A stretch of 64,000 bases of DNA from an uncultured virus (IMG/VR IMGVR_UViG_3300042261_000615). Lineage: Duplodnaviria; Heunggongvirae; Uroviricota; Caudoviricetes. The DNA is taken from the IMG/VR virus record IMGVR_UViG_3300042261_000615; one strand, 5' to 3'. Positions 19,122 to 30,400 of the stretch are shown here, piece by piece. A model generated the notes under the pieces. It ran no database searches, was not told where the DNA came from, and worked only from the letters and a program-made list of their open reading frames with translations. Positions within the stretch are counted from its first letter, which is position 1. The number at the start of each line of letters is the position of its first letter. A program made the translations under genes and the position numbers.

Positions 19122-20013
19122 CTACAATATTTTTTATTTTTTTCAAAATCTCATTTTTGTCATCGTTGTATTCGTTCTCCCATACAACAATAACGGTATA
19201 ACCAAGTCCTTCCAAATATTTTATTTTAGTGTAATCATATTCCCAGATTTCCTTAGCCGTTTTACGTATATGCGGATGTATATCCAACTCATTAAATATA
19301 TTTGGATGACAATGCCAATATATTCCAAAGTATTCAATCACTATATTATCAATGAGAATATCCACATTATAGTGTCCGATAAACGTATTAGCAATTGCAC
19401 TATCGGTTATACTACTAATAATGTTATTATATAATTCAATCTCACCATTGCTACGATATATACTATCAGCTGAATCCCCGAAATGAGATATCCACACATC
19501 GTTACCTACATTATCGATATGCCGGCGAAGTCCTTCAGATATACGATGCTTAGATTCGGTCGAATGGTGTCTCCCACTGAATTTAGGTGAACGACTTGAT
19601 AATTTACGTTGAATTTGCCCAACCATATCTCTAGCTAAACTGTCGTCAAGCCCTCTCCGTTTCCAGAATTCCACACTAAATGATGTTGGTGAAATATCGT
19701 AGTTACGTTTCTTAGAGTTACTACTTTGTATAGTTCGTACACGTTCTTTAGCAGAAATTTCATCCATACCACACCCCATCCAATATTTATAATCGAAAAT
19801 TGATTTACGATTTTCATTCATTTTGGATATCCAATATGGATCTTTCATACGATCTGCCCACAATTTAGATAATTTTTCTTTTTGAGTACCACTCATACTA
19901 TGTACCGATTGTACATTGTATTTTGATTTATAATCAGCAATACTCATATTATGTTTTCGAGTTATATGCGTAATCAAACTGAGCCCTTCAAATCCACAAA
20001 TTTCACATCTCAT
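19105..20013 (-). mobile_element. Free-standing homing endonuclease (zinc finger plus DUF559/Vsr-like) between helicase pieces 1 and 2
   Basis: CEICG...H...H; VDIL...IEYFGIYWH...D...GYTVIVVWE; TATTTATA at 20030-20037. Confidence 0.8.
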
Positions 20014-20052
20014 AATAAATTACCTTTTATATAAATATAAAAAAATATTTTT

Positions 20053-20844
20053 TTATGCGGTCTTACCAACGCCTAATGATAATAATTTTTGAACTTGATA
20101 TGCATACATAAATTCTGAATCACTAATATATATTTTATCCCAAGGTTTGAACCACGCTATAAGTTTATCCGTTAGTTCAAACCCAATTTCGTCATATTCA
20201 ATATCAATAATTGTATCACCACCAACGCATTTCCCAACACCTGACGGAGCGACTACAACTGCCAACTCACCCGGACCTAACCCCCCTTGCATCAATTCAT
20301 CAATTACATCAAACCCAGTTGGTACAGTATCACGGTTTTCATCAGTTACACGATCTGTGTAATCCAACAAATAATCATGACCCAACTCACTATCGACTCC
20401 AATCTTCATAGCGGAATCAACCAATTCTTTAATTCTGTCGTAATTTCCCGATTTAAGCAAATCCACAGATTGAATAATTGCGTTTTTAAGATTTTGATTT
20501 ATACAAAATGCCGAAAACTCATTTTTTATATAATCAGCATCGGTTGCATCTATATTATCATAGATTATTTTAAGTTGTTCCACAATGGACTTCATCAACG
20601 ATTTGTTGTCCATTTTGGAAAGTTCAACCTTAAACACTTCAATTGTCGGAATTCGTCTATAATTTTTGTAATAATTTAATATCTCTTCAACTATCCATTT
20701 ATTCGATTCCGATTCAAAAAACTTTTTATGGATTAATTCACTCAATGAATCCAATAGTTTAATATCTGATAATAACGCTGATATGGTTTTTTGTTGAAAA
20801 GAGTGGCCGTATTTTTCCAGCGTATCTGTATTATTTGTACTCAT
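20053..20844 (-). CDS. Replicative DnaB/gp41-like helicase piece 1: N-extein plus short IntN (20056-20229)
   Basis: VPTGFDVID..MQGGLGPGEL, Walker A APSGVGK|CVGGDTIIDI. Confidence 0.92.
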   Translation of the reverse strand: MSTNNTDTLEKYGHSFQQKTISALLSDIKLLDSLSELIHKKFFESESNKWIVEEILNYYKNYRRIPTIEVFKVELSKMDNKSLMKSIVEQLKIIYDNIDATDADYIKNEFSAFCINQNLKNAIIQSVDLLKSGNYDRIKELVDSAMKIGVDSELGHDYLLDYTDRVTDENRDTVPTGFDVIDELMQGGLGPGELAVVVAPSGVGKCVGGDTIIDIEYDEIGFELTDKLIAWFKPWDKIYISDSEFMYAYQVQKLLSLGVGKTA

Positions 20845-20862
20845 AATAATATTATTTTACCA

Positions 20863-20894
20863 CAAAGGTAACAATTTTTTTTCAATTTATCAAA
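20863..20894 (-). promoter_or_regulatory. Bacteroidota-type promoter for the helicase
   Basis: TTTG-N20-TACCTTTG. Confidence 0.7.
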
Positions 20895-21944
20895 CTATTT
20901 GCAAATAATATTAGTAAATGTAGAATTAAGCCACCCATTAACATCTTTCCAATTTTGAAGTATTTTATACTTCATAGCTGTTTTAATGAAACGCATTTTA
21001 TCAAAAGTTTTGTTTGGTTCATCAAATCTGCCCAAAATCTTCAATGCGTATGACGTAGGTATTTGCGGATCTGATAACTGCATCAATTTTTGATTTCGCA
21101 TCACATCATCCCAATTAGATAGAATATCATCATATATCTTTGATTTTATCGTAGCTGATTTACATTGATGATATAATTCATCAAATGAAAATGCAACATC
21201 ATTAGATAGTTCAGGAAAACGTTTCAATACCGTTTTTATACCGCACCCCTTAACGCCAGGAATGTTATCCGAACTGTCGCCATCCAATGTTCTGAATAGT
21301 AATAGATTTTGCGGATATAATCCGTATTTTTGGTATACAGCTTCTTTGTTGTATAATATCTTATGGGTTGGTGAATATATGGTAGTATTATCATCAACCA
21401 ACTGTAAGAAATCCTTATCGGTTGATACAATTATTGTTTGATTACCATGCTCTCGGTTGTATTTAGCCATATATGCAATTACATCATCGGCTTCAATACC
21501 ATCATATACCATTGTTGTTATAGGTAATTCATCCAACAAATCAGCCAACCATACAAACTGCCGTTTCATCGATATATGCTCCTCCTCTTCATTCAGCATA
21601 TCCGGATATTGACGATTGACTCGGAATCGGTTTTTACCCCTTTCAGATTTATAACCATCAAAAATTTTTTTACGTCCATCACTCCCACCCTTGCCATCAA
21701 ATACTATAATAGCTCGGGTAGGACTGAATTGACGTATCATGTAACCTATTGAATTTAATGTACCAACCACACCACCAACATGTTCACCATCCTCATTCAT
21801 TGTAGGATTTTGAGTCCATAATCTTATAAATGTGTTCAGTCCATCGATTATTAGAACCCTATCGTTTCTTAATCGATTTTGTGTTTGAGTATGTTCCACC
21901 TCAACTTCATTTAGTAACTTTTTATAGAGTTCTTTCATATTCAA
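20895..21944 (-). CDS. 5'-3' exonuclease / RNase H (FEN-like)
   Basis: IIDGLN, VFDG, YKSER, EADDVIA, STDKDFLQL, GDSSDNIPGVKGCG. Confidence 0.92.
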   Translation of the reverse strand: MNMKELYKKLLNEVEVEHTQTQNRLRNDRVLIIDGLNTFIRLWTQNPTMNEDGEHVGGVVGTLNSIGYMIRQFSPTRAIIVFDGKGGSDGRKKIFDGYKSERGKNRFRVNRQYPDMLNEEEEHISMKRQFVWLADLLDELPITTMVYDGIEADDVIAYMAKYNREHGNQTIIVSTDKDFLQLVDDNTTIYSPTHKILYNKEAVYQKYGLYPQNLLLFRTLDGDSSDNIPGVKGCGIKTVLKRFPELSNDVAFSFDELYHQCKSATIKSKIYDDILSNWDDVMRNQKLMQLSDPQIPTSYALKILGRFDEPNKTFDKMRFIKTAMKYKILQNWKDVNGWLNSTFTNIICK

Positions 21945-21953
21945 AACTTATTT

Positions 21954-22391
21954 TTACTCATCCAACAAAGTACCAACCGATAACTCGTCTTCTGCTATCT
22001 GATTGCTCTTATATTGTGATATTGTTGCATCGCATATCTTGCTATACACATCATCTCTCATATCGGGGTGTGATGTCAATATATCTTCAAAATCTTTTGA
22101 TTGAAATTTTATCTCCTCACCTGTAGTTTCATTCACATACGTATACCACGCACCACCCTGCTTTATGATACCATAATCTTTCATAGCACTTATCCAAGCG
22201 CCATAGTTATCGATACCACGGTCAAAGAATATATCGAAATCAGCGGATCTCAATGGTGGGCCCATTCGATTCTTTATAACCTGCGCCCGTACTTTAATAC
22301 CAACAACTTGTTCTTGACCTTTAACTTTTGCTTTGATAGTTCCCATATTTTTCAACCTAAGCCTAACTGATGCGTGAAAAGCCAATGCTTT
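21954..22391 (-). CDS. recA: RecA/UvsX 3' exon
   Basis: KALAFHASVRL, VIKNRMGPP, GAWY; follows the intron terminal G. Confidence 0.9.
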   Translation of the reverse strand, partial: KALAFHASVRLRLKNMGTIKAKVKGQEQVVGIKVRAQVIKNRMGPPLRSADFDIFFDRGIDNYGAWISAMKDYGIIKQGGAWYTYVNETTGEEIKFQSKDFEDILTSHPDMRDDVYSKICDATISQYKSNQIAEDELSVGTLLDE

Positions 22392-23558
22392 CATTTTGTT
22401 ATCGTATAACCATTTAAGTTATACATCTTATGGTTTCCCATAAGTTCGGACTATATCTTTATCAAACTTATTTACACAATTTAACACATACGATTCATTC
22501 ACATCGGATTCAAATATCCTAATTACGTTATATCCAAATGATTCAATTTTAGATTGTCGTTTTATATCAGCATCCCATATTTCATGTGCAGTTACAATTC
22601 GATTTCCAGGATATTTAATTATATCATCGGCTTTGTACTTTTTGGGGTTTGCGTGCCAATAATCACCGTCAGCTTCGATAATCAAATTATATTTGGGTAT
22701 ATATACATCAACATAAAATTCACAAATACTATATTGAGGTATATAGTGTATATTACATTTATCCAATACCATTTTTATGAATTTTTCAATTTTAGTATCT
22801 CTACTTCCACCGGGCAATCTATTTTTAATTTTCCACTCTTCGAGTTTAATATTAGCAATATCCTCACCATACTTGTCACACCAACGTTGCCAATTTGATT
22901 TTTTATAATGAATATGATTCACACCTTTTGGTGAGGTAAGCATGGTTGAACATTTTTCTGGATTATTTCTAACATATTCACTCATAACATTACTCATTTT
23001 CACCCGATATCCATCACTTTTAATAGTTTTAATCAAATTATGCAATCGTTTTGGGTTATTGATAACATTTTTTTGAAGGTTTCTAATATGTTGTTTATTC
23101 TCATCGGAATTTACCCAATCGGATAATTTACGTTTGTGAGAATCGGCAATCATATCAGAATTCGGATATAACGCTTTATATTCGATTGTTGTTATATTGT
23201 GTTTGTCACGTAAATGTGAATTTGTTATGGATTTATAATATTTTCCACACACTTCACATCGTAATAAATTAGTTTGATATTCGGCACTCATGGTATTTTT
23301 ATCTTAATTATTCTATATATAAATATAATGGAATGTGAAATCTTTACCCAATTTCAATTAAATTCCAAAAAAAGATTAATCATACTAGTCTCTGAACCTC
23401 CATCTCATCACTAAGATGTTTGGCTGCTGATTGTCCAATATTTTATTTTTCAAACATTCGCACTTATCGTTACCGATTATGCTGTAGTATAAAATCTCTA
23501 AGGAGTTTCCAGCAATTCACCGAATTTTTTATAGTGGAAGCAAAGCTTATTTAGTTAT
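22392..23558 (-). ncRNA. Group I self-splicing intron in recA (1167 nt)
   Basis: Minus strand P AATTGCTGGAAA, Q AATCAGCAGCC, R GTTCAGAGACTA, S AAGATATAGTCC; exon ends in U (GGT), intron ends in G; guide GCTTTGCTTCCACT pairs with both exons; splicing restores TTSGG|KALAFHAS. Confidence 0.92.
22428..23291 (-). mobile_element. Intron-encoded homing endonuclease (zinc finger plus DUF559/Vsr-like)
   Basis: CEVCG...H...H; YVDVY...IEADGDYWH...GYNVIRIFE; 3' end overlaps intron element S; TATTTATA at 23318-23325. Confidence 0.85.
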
Positions 23559-23924
23559 ACCACCACTTGTTGTATTATGGTTCAACTGACCATTTGCCCA
23601 ATAGCATTCAGTATCATCTACTGAAATGTCTACTACATTCATTTCACCTTTTACTAAAACCGCATCCGGATGATCTTTTAGATGAATGAACGAACCATTG
23701 TAATCAACTCTATGATTACCAGTTCCGGTTAATCCACCTAATTGATAAAACTCGGTTACTTTCGGTTTCACTAAAAAATTAGTAATTTCTTTATAAACCT
23801 CGCCAACATCCGATTCGGATTGTACATGCAACCCCATCCCCTCAATATCAAAGGTTTCGGGATTACTATAATCCATTTCAAATAATCTAGCAAGTTGATC
23901 TAATGTTACTTCATTTTTTATCAT
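23559..23924 (-). CDS. recA: RecA/UvsX piece 2, 5' exon: 117-aa IntC plus five extein residues TTSGG
   Basis: GTGNH (block B), VVDISVDD..CYWANGQLNHN|TTSGG. Confidence 0.88.
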
Positions 23925-24690
23925 AGTTATCCTCCTGTATTATTTTCATAAGTTTAGTGTGATATTCCTCATAAAATGGGGAATTTTCATCGTATTTGAT
24001 TTTTACTTTGGTAGTAAATGGATCTACACACCAAGGGTCTGCAAATGCCATAGCATTCATTTTTTGACGTAATTGGTTTGTAAATACCAATGCTATCTTT
24101 TCACGACCAATTATATTGGTAATCTTCCGCATTGCCTTGGATATGATTATAGCTTTATCGGTAGCGTAACCATCCTTTCCATAGTCGGCTTCCAATTCCT
24201 TAGCAGTGGAGGCGGCCGCAACCGAGTCCACCACAATGGTAACAAGTTTGTTTTTAGAAGTATTACGTACCTTTTCTATAATAGTTTCCGTATACTCAAA
24301 ACATTGTTCAACAGTATCAGCTGATACATACAACATTTTAGATACATCAACACCAATTGCTTCAAGAAATTCACGGCTCACTGCTGTTTCAGTATCGATG
24401 AGAACCGCTACACCCCCCAATTTCTGCGTTTCAGCCAATAAATGAGCCGATACCAAAGATTTTCCTGACTGCTCTAAACCAGTAATCTCTACTATACGAC
24501 CCACTGGAATACCACCGTTTGGACGATTTGATATTGCCAAATCGAGCATAGTAGCACCGGTGGATATCCAATGATCTACATTCGTAGCCGCTGCATCAGA
24601 ATCAAGAAAATATGCAACTTTCTGATCTTTAGTCTGCTTGTTGAGTTCTTCAGCCAACACTTCGGCCAAATCAACCTCCTTCTTTGCCAT
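23911..24690 (-). CDS. recA: RecA/UvsX piece 1: N-extein plus 39-aa IntN (23914-24030)
   Basis: ISTG, GRIVEITGLEQSGKS, IVVDSVAA, FTNQLR, ADPW|CVDPFTTKV. Confidence 0.92.
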   Translation of the reverse strand: MAKKEVDLAEVLAEELNKQTKDQKVAYFLDSDAAATNVDHWISTGATMLDLAISNRPNGGIPVGRIVEITGLEQSGKSLVSAHLLAETQKLGGVAVLIDTETAVSREFLEAIGVDVSKMLYVSADTVEQCFEYTETIIEKVRNTSKNKLVTIVVDSVAAASTAKELEADYGKDGYATDKAIIISKAMRKITNIIGREKIALVFTNQLRQKMNAMAFADPWCVDPFTTKVKIKYDENSPFYEEYHTKLMKIIQEDNYDKK

Positions 24691-24700
24691 AAATTAAAAC

Positions 24701-25501
24701 TTAATTGTTAAAAAGTTCATCAAATGCGTTGGATACCGCATCGATATTTTTAGCACCAGACATAGTATTTTCAGTAGTGCTAACCACCTTTTCAGTATTT
24801 GAGGCAGTTGGTGCCGTTGCATCAGGAGCCGTATCACCATCGCTATCAGAATCCGGATTCAACCAACCTTCCAAAACCTTTTTCAGTTCAGGGTATGTAA
24901 GTTCTTGATACAATTCGGTGATTTCCTTCTGACTTTCCAAGAATTTAGTCATCTGTTCGGTATTATCCGAAAGTAAGGTTTCTTTGGGTTTTACACGAAT
25001 TGTAGTTACAGGGAACGATGTTCCACTATCTTCAGCGGATACAATCTCCACAGTAATATCACGACCAGTCTTTGGGTCGGTTATATCACCATAATCAGGA
25101 TCGGCGATATATCCAAGAATATCTTGGTATACAGTCTTACCAAATCCCCAAAAACGAACACCTTCACCTTCTTCACCCCTTACCAATACAGGTACGAAGG
25201 TACGCAATTTCGGCTCCATTTTTTTGGCAGCTTTCCAATCTTCCTTATCACCCATACGTTTAAGTTTTTCAGCAAACTCAACAATTGGGTCGGGGCGGCC
25301 GAATGACATTGGAGAAAGATACGTTTTGTTGTTGATACCGTAGTGGAAATAAAGTTCAATAAACGGATTTTCTTTATTGAATTTGTAAGGGACTAACCGA
25401 ACTTGATATTTGCCGGGTTCAGGCTTCCAAAGTTCAACGGTTTTCTTTTGAGAGTTTTGTAGTTTGTTCAGTCTACCTCTGATTGCATCAAGATTAATCA
25501 T
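24701..25501 (-). CDS. gp32-like single-stranded DNA-binding protein
   Basis: WKPEPG..VRLVP, FHY, WGFGKTVY, DYGDITDP..GRD; acidic tail AFDELFNN; next to recA. Confidence 0.8.
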   Translation of the reverse strand: MINLDAIRGRLNKLQNSQKKTVELWKPEPGKYQVRLVPYKFNKENPFIELYFHYGINNKTYLSPMSFGRPDPIVEFAEKLKRMGDKEDWKAAKKMEPKLRTFVPVLVRGEEGEGVRFWGFGKTVYQDILGYIADPDYGDITDPKTGRDITVEIVSAEDSGTSFPVTTIRVKPKETLLSDNTEQMTKFLESQKEITELYQELTYPELKKVLEGWLNPDSDSDGDTAPDATAPTASNTEKVVSTTENTMSGAKNIDAVSNAFDELFNN

Positions 25502-25578
25502 AGTTTTTAAGTTTTAGAGTTTTATGTGGTTTAATACTTTTATAGTTTATCAATGTATATATAATTATAAAAGTTTTA

Positions 25579-25683
25579 CAAAAGTACGAAAAAAAAATGA
25601 ATTTTACAACATTTTTTTCCAATATTTTTGTTAAATTTTTATTATATAATTTCAATAGTATTGCACATATTTTTACAAAGATA
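25579..25683 (-). promoter_or_regulatory. Two tandem Bacteroidota-type -7 boxes upstream of the SSB gene
   Basis: TACTTTTG at 25579-25586 and TATCTTTG at 25676-25683. Confidence 0.55.
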
Positions 25684-25708
25684 CAAAAAATATGTGATAT
25701 TGTAAAAT

Positions 25709-25735
25709 AAAAAAGGAAGTATTTTTAGTACTTCC
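25709..25735 (-). terminator. Rho-independent terminator
   Basis: ggaagta...tacttcc stem followed by a minus-strand U tract. Confidence 0.6.
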
Positions 25736-25748
25736 GTTAGTTTACGTA

Positions 25749-26210
25749 TTATCTGATTTTCCGTGCAATTTCCTTAAACCCAGGCTTACCATCCGACCAA
25801 TATACTTTTGCAACCCAACCACCTCGTTCAGGTCTGATTATTATCGTATCAAATATCTTACCATCTGTATTGTAAAAATTTAACGATTGCTGTCTATCAT
25901 TTTTTAATGAATCTATTACTTTTGATTTCAATGTTTCCAAACTATCGTTCATATGGTTTGTATAATCAGTAACGCCGGCAACTACAGAATTGCTATCTTC
26001 AAACTTTGATGCAGCTTGGTCTTTCAAATACCATTTTGCCTTTTTAGCAGCAGCTAAAACTGTGGCTGGACTGATATTATCATACATACTATTGAATTTC
26101 TTTTCTCCAAATTTTTCAATAATATCATTTTTCAATTTTTGAGCATCAATGCGTGATGACCAAAAATCATCTTTTGCTTCCAATAGTTTTTTAAGCTTTA
26201 TCATTATCAA
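25749..26210 (-). CDS. Hypothetical protein with MIKLKKLLE leader
   Basis: ORF overlapping the upstream gene end. Confidence 0.6.
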   Translation of the reverse strand: MIMIKLKKLLEAKDDFWSSRIDAQKLKNDIIEKFGEKKFNSMYDNISPATVLAAAKKAKWYLKDQAASKFEDSNSVVAGVTDYTNHMNDSLETLKSKVIDSLKNDRQQSLNFYNTDGKIFDTIIIRPERGGWVAKVYWSDGKPGFKEIARKIR

Positions 26211-26983
26211 TACCGTTTAATCTCCTTATAATCCAATACTTCAGTTGGGTACACAACCAATTCGTTCCAAAGAGTTGTTTTGTTTTCTTTACATTCTTGC
26301 CAATCTCTACACAAATTACTTTCATGATCTGGATATGATAACCTAAACATATTTGCAGCTCGGTGTCCCATATCGGTAGCAAATGTTTTGGCATCCGATT
26401 CAAATGCGGCAGCCAACTTACCCCTTACTTTGACCAATATATTGCTCTCTTTGACAAAAAATTCCTTAGATTGCGTTGTAAATGTTGATATAGCAATACG
26501 ATACCCATTCTGTACACTGTCTATTATATTTATCAACCCCTCTTTGTTTGTCCAATGAAATGAAGTTACATCGATATCGTTAGAACCATATGTATCTTTT
26601 GTAAATTGGTCATCCATAAGTACATATGGTTCTATAGAACCTCTTGAGTAAAAAAATGCAATCTTATCATTGCTTATATTCACCATATATTTCTTAAATT
26701 CATCCTTCAATGACCAAACTCTATGATTTACAAAATCTTCAATAAAATCCAACACCTTCTTTCTTGTAAAATCGGCATATTGTTCGGTTTCAATATACAA
26801 TTGATATGAAAAATAATTATTGATAAGATTTATCAGTTTTATATTCTGGTCAATATTGCCACTACGAATATCATATCCTTGTTTTTGTAATTCCAAAAAC
26901 TCTTTAGATACAGATTCCCATTCAGCTATCGTATGAAATGCGGATTCTGGTTTATAATATCCCCTAACATCAAATTTCTTCAT
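26207..26983 (-). CDS. Hypothetical protein
   Basis: 258-aa ORF in operon context. Confidence 0.65.
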   Translation of the reverse strand: MKKFDVRGYYKPESAFHTIAEWESVSKEFLELQKQGYDIRSGNIDQNIKLINLINNYFSYQLYIETEQYADFTRKKVLDFIEDFVNHRVWSLKDEFKKYMVNISNDKIAFFYSRGSIEPYVLMDDQFTKDTYGSNDIDVTSFHWTNKEGLINIIDSVQNGYRIAISTFTTQSKEFFVKESNILVKVRGKLAAAFESDAKTFATDMGHRAANMFRLSYPDHESNLCRDWQECKENKTTLWNELVVYPTEVLDYKEIKRY

Positions 26984-27377
26984 TATCCAATTTAACTATA
27001 TCAAATATTTTAGTCGATATTTTACGAACTCCGTCCGGACCGGTAAGTATGATGCAATTCTTATATTTTGGCCAATCTACGATATAACTATCATCGATTA
27101 TACCGTTATTTTCATCAGCAATCAACTGATTCAATGCATTGATTGTATATAATGTGTTACTTTCTTTTTTTCTATGCAATAAAATAGTATTTGCCAACGG
27201 CCGGTGGGGTTGGTGCTTAGAATCGATATTATATGTTACAAATAATTCATTTATATTCGACCTATTCTGCAATACATAAATATAATTATAAACTACAACA
27301 TATGTATTTCGTATTTGTGGCAGCATCAACCCAATATCGTCACGCAATACAAATGTACATAATAGTTGTGTTGTCAT
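26970..27377 (-). CDS. Hypothetical protein
   Basis: 135-aa ORF; TATTTATA at 27403-27410. Confidence 0.65.
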   Translation of the reverse strand: MTTQLLCTFVLRDDIGLMLPQIRNTYVVVYNYIYVLQNRSNINELFVTYNIDSKHQPHRPLANTILLHRKKESNTLYTINALNQLIADENNGIIDDSYIVDWPKYKNCIILTGPDGVRKISTKIFDIVKLDNEEI

Positions 27378-27419
27378 TATCCTATATTGTTGGTTTAATA
27401 TGTATAAATATGTTGTTTT

Positions 27420-30400
27420 TTATTTATTATGAGATTGTAAACATTTTTGCAATTCTGGATGGAAATTGTAAACTGTTTGCAATTTACCAAGAGGGCCGGT
27501 TTTCGATCTTTGACGTTTTTCACCTATTGCGTATTTTTTTCCATCCTTAGTAACGGCATATACGATTTTGGTAGATCCTGAAACCGAGTCTGAACCTTTC
27601 TGAATAACTTCTTTCTCATCCCCCACTTCAAAGTGCGATATCATTTCATCTTTATTTGTATATGGAATGCATTTCGACAATGTATTTCTGCTTACAGTAA
27701 CACCACCACTCTCCTGCACAAAGGCACTCTCATCCATAAATACACCGTCACCACCGAATATTATATTCAAATGCAATTTATCAACAACCGAATTGGCTTC
27801 CAAATAAGTACCAATACCAACCTCCACTCCAGCAATTACAACTTTTTTCTTATCCAATTCCCGAATTAGTTTCAAATCAGTCTCAATAGTTTTCTTTCTA
27901 ATATCACCAATTGCCGACCCTATTTTCGGACCGTTGGTAGAATTTGATAAATCTGTAATGATTCGTTGAGATGGCTTTGTTAAGTTTCCCACATTAGAAT
28001 CATCAATTGAATAATTTATGAAAGCTGCCATCATTTCGGAATCAGTGGGTGGGGTTGAATGCCCAGCAGGTAAGTAATCCGATACCATTCGGTCACCAAG
28101 CTTTCGGTTGGGGTTTGAAAATCTACCAGATATTTGAGTTTTCCAGTATTTTTCAGGATCAGCACCCTTTGATATGGTTTTAGCCATATGCGTTAGAGTA
28201 TTAATATTTTGGGTCTTCAAATGATGCATCGGGGCTGTTACTATATTAGTTAGTTGAGTCTCCAATGTAGAATACTCCTTCAATGAAGTATTCATAATAT
28301 CTTTAATATAAGTGGCCGTTGCGGAATTCAACTTACCATCTGCCGCAAGTTCATCAATTATACCGATCTTAACTGAGGTTTCGGCTGTGATGGATGATTG
28401 TGCAACGATGGCATTTATATTATCCTTATCCGAATAATACGTCATATGCATATCTCCATTCGATTTATCAACAACAAATATAGCAGTATCGGATGGATTA
28501 CGACCTGAACCTCCGGATATTGCGATGCGAATTGCATCCGATTTGGATATCTCTGTATTACCCAAAAATACTTTTCCAGTTGTATTACGAATCATATCCG
28601 ATTGTGACAGCAACCCACCTTTATCACCAAAGAATGGTATGCACATATATTCACCTATACCATTTTTATCTATAATATGAGTACGTACCCAATTGTACTT
28701 ATTCATAGCTGCTCGGGTTGCGGCTATGGTTTTAGATGCCAATTGCATCGAAACACCATATTTTTGAGATACGTCACGCGCATCCGATGCCGTAACACCT
28801 GAAATCGGTTCATCGCCCGTATTTTCATCACCAAGTTTAGAACCTTTAAGTTCGTTTATACTTTTACCTAACGCCGTATTAAAATCAAATTCAGTAGTTG
28901 AGTTCAGATATTCGGTAGCGGAACTTATCGATATAATTTCATTTAACATAGATCCAGGCGAACCGGGTGCACCTTTACTTGCAGAAAATCCATTTTTGAT
29001 GAATGATTTAAGTAGGTTAGAACTACTATTGTAATCAATCGATGAATCGGATTTTAATGATATACCATGCTTACGAAGTAATGATATTGCAATTGGATAC
29101 ACTTTATGACCTTCCCCATATGATAGAGCTGTACTTACTTTTATGTTTCGACCGGTTTCCGGATTTTTAATATGCATATCATATACCGATTGCATATCTT
29201 CAGTTATAGTACCATCAGTTTTATCATTATAGCTGTCCACAACCGATTCCATAAACGATGGTTCTAACTTCATCTTTTCAATACCATCGGCAATCAGATT
29301 TATAAATCTAACCATATCAGCATCAACATCCATATCACCTGCAAACAATGCAGCACGACCAATTCCCTTTAATATAGTTTCACCGATAACATGTGGTATC
29401 AATTGTGATGCAACGTGTTGACTGAACGCCGCAGTTCCATGTGCAACCCCGCCACCAGCCGCACCAAACAATGCGGTAGTAGCAATCTTAACACCAACAT
29501 TCATCAATGCTTTTTTCTGATGTTTGTTTAGTTTTTTACCCGAAAACAGATTTTTAACAGCAACACCTGCGGTCTTGAATTCAACTGTTTCATGCTTCAG
29601 CCCATGTTTCACCGATTTGACAGCCCCAGCCGCCTTTTCTTTGAGAGTTTTACCAAGTCCACGGCGAAATTCCGATTCTACCTTATATTCCTCTTTCTTG
29701 AAAAATTCCTTTTCCGATTCAGACCAATCCTTTATCTTCTGACCGATTCGTTTCGATACCGATTTAGTATCCGTTGCGTTATCTACTTTTTTTTTTGGAC
29801 CTTCTGCGTTTGCATCGGCTTTCTTAGCCGCAATACCAACCTTTTCAGCAAATTTATTGGCCAATGGTATGATGTCTTTGGCATCCATATCTATTACATG
29901 AACTTTCATGTTTACAGGTTTGCCGTCCGTAATTGCCTTCGATGTCATCGCTGCCCATCTGTGGTGACCATCTACCACGTATCCATCACGGCTTACATAT
30001 ATTGGAGCTGTGATAGATGGGTGGTCTGGGTTCGTATCCAATGCTTTAGCCATACCAGCAACCTTAGCACCTACCAATTCCGATTGGGTCGCTTTCAACC
30101 TATCCGATGGGATTTCCGTATCTACTACATTCACACCCTTCGATTTCAATAATGCACGGAACATTGGTTCGGTATCCACTTCACCATTTGCATCCAATTT
30201 CATCTTTGCCGCCGGAGTACCTTCTTGTGGTTTTCCTTTGAATTGCGGCATATCCTCCCGTGGTATTCCCAAATTCCCATCGCAATATAAATTTGTTCCG
30301 GGTATAGTCACCTTACATAAATTGTAATTCGGTGCCTTCTCACCTTTTTCCTTAGCATCCTTAGCGGCTTTAGCTAATTGGTCTATCTTGGTAGCAACCT

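Noticed and set aside
22392..22394. ATG start of an independent RecA C-terminal gene, as in the ORF track
   Set aside because: Its G is the intron terminal G; splicing restores TTSGGKALAF in frame.
25502..25748. tRNA or structured ncRNA in the intergenic gap
   Set aside because: Only AT-rich sequence, promoter boxes and a terminator are visible; no cloverleaf.
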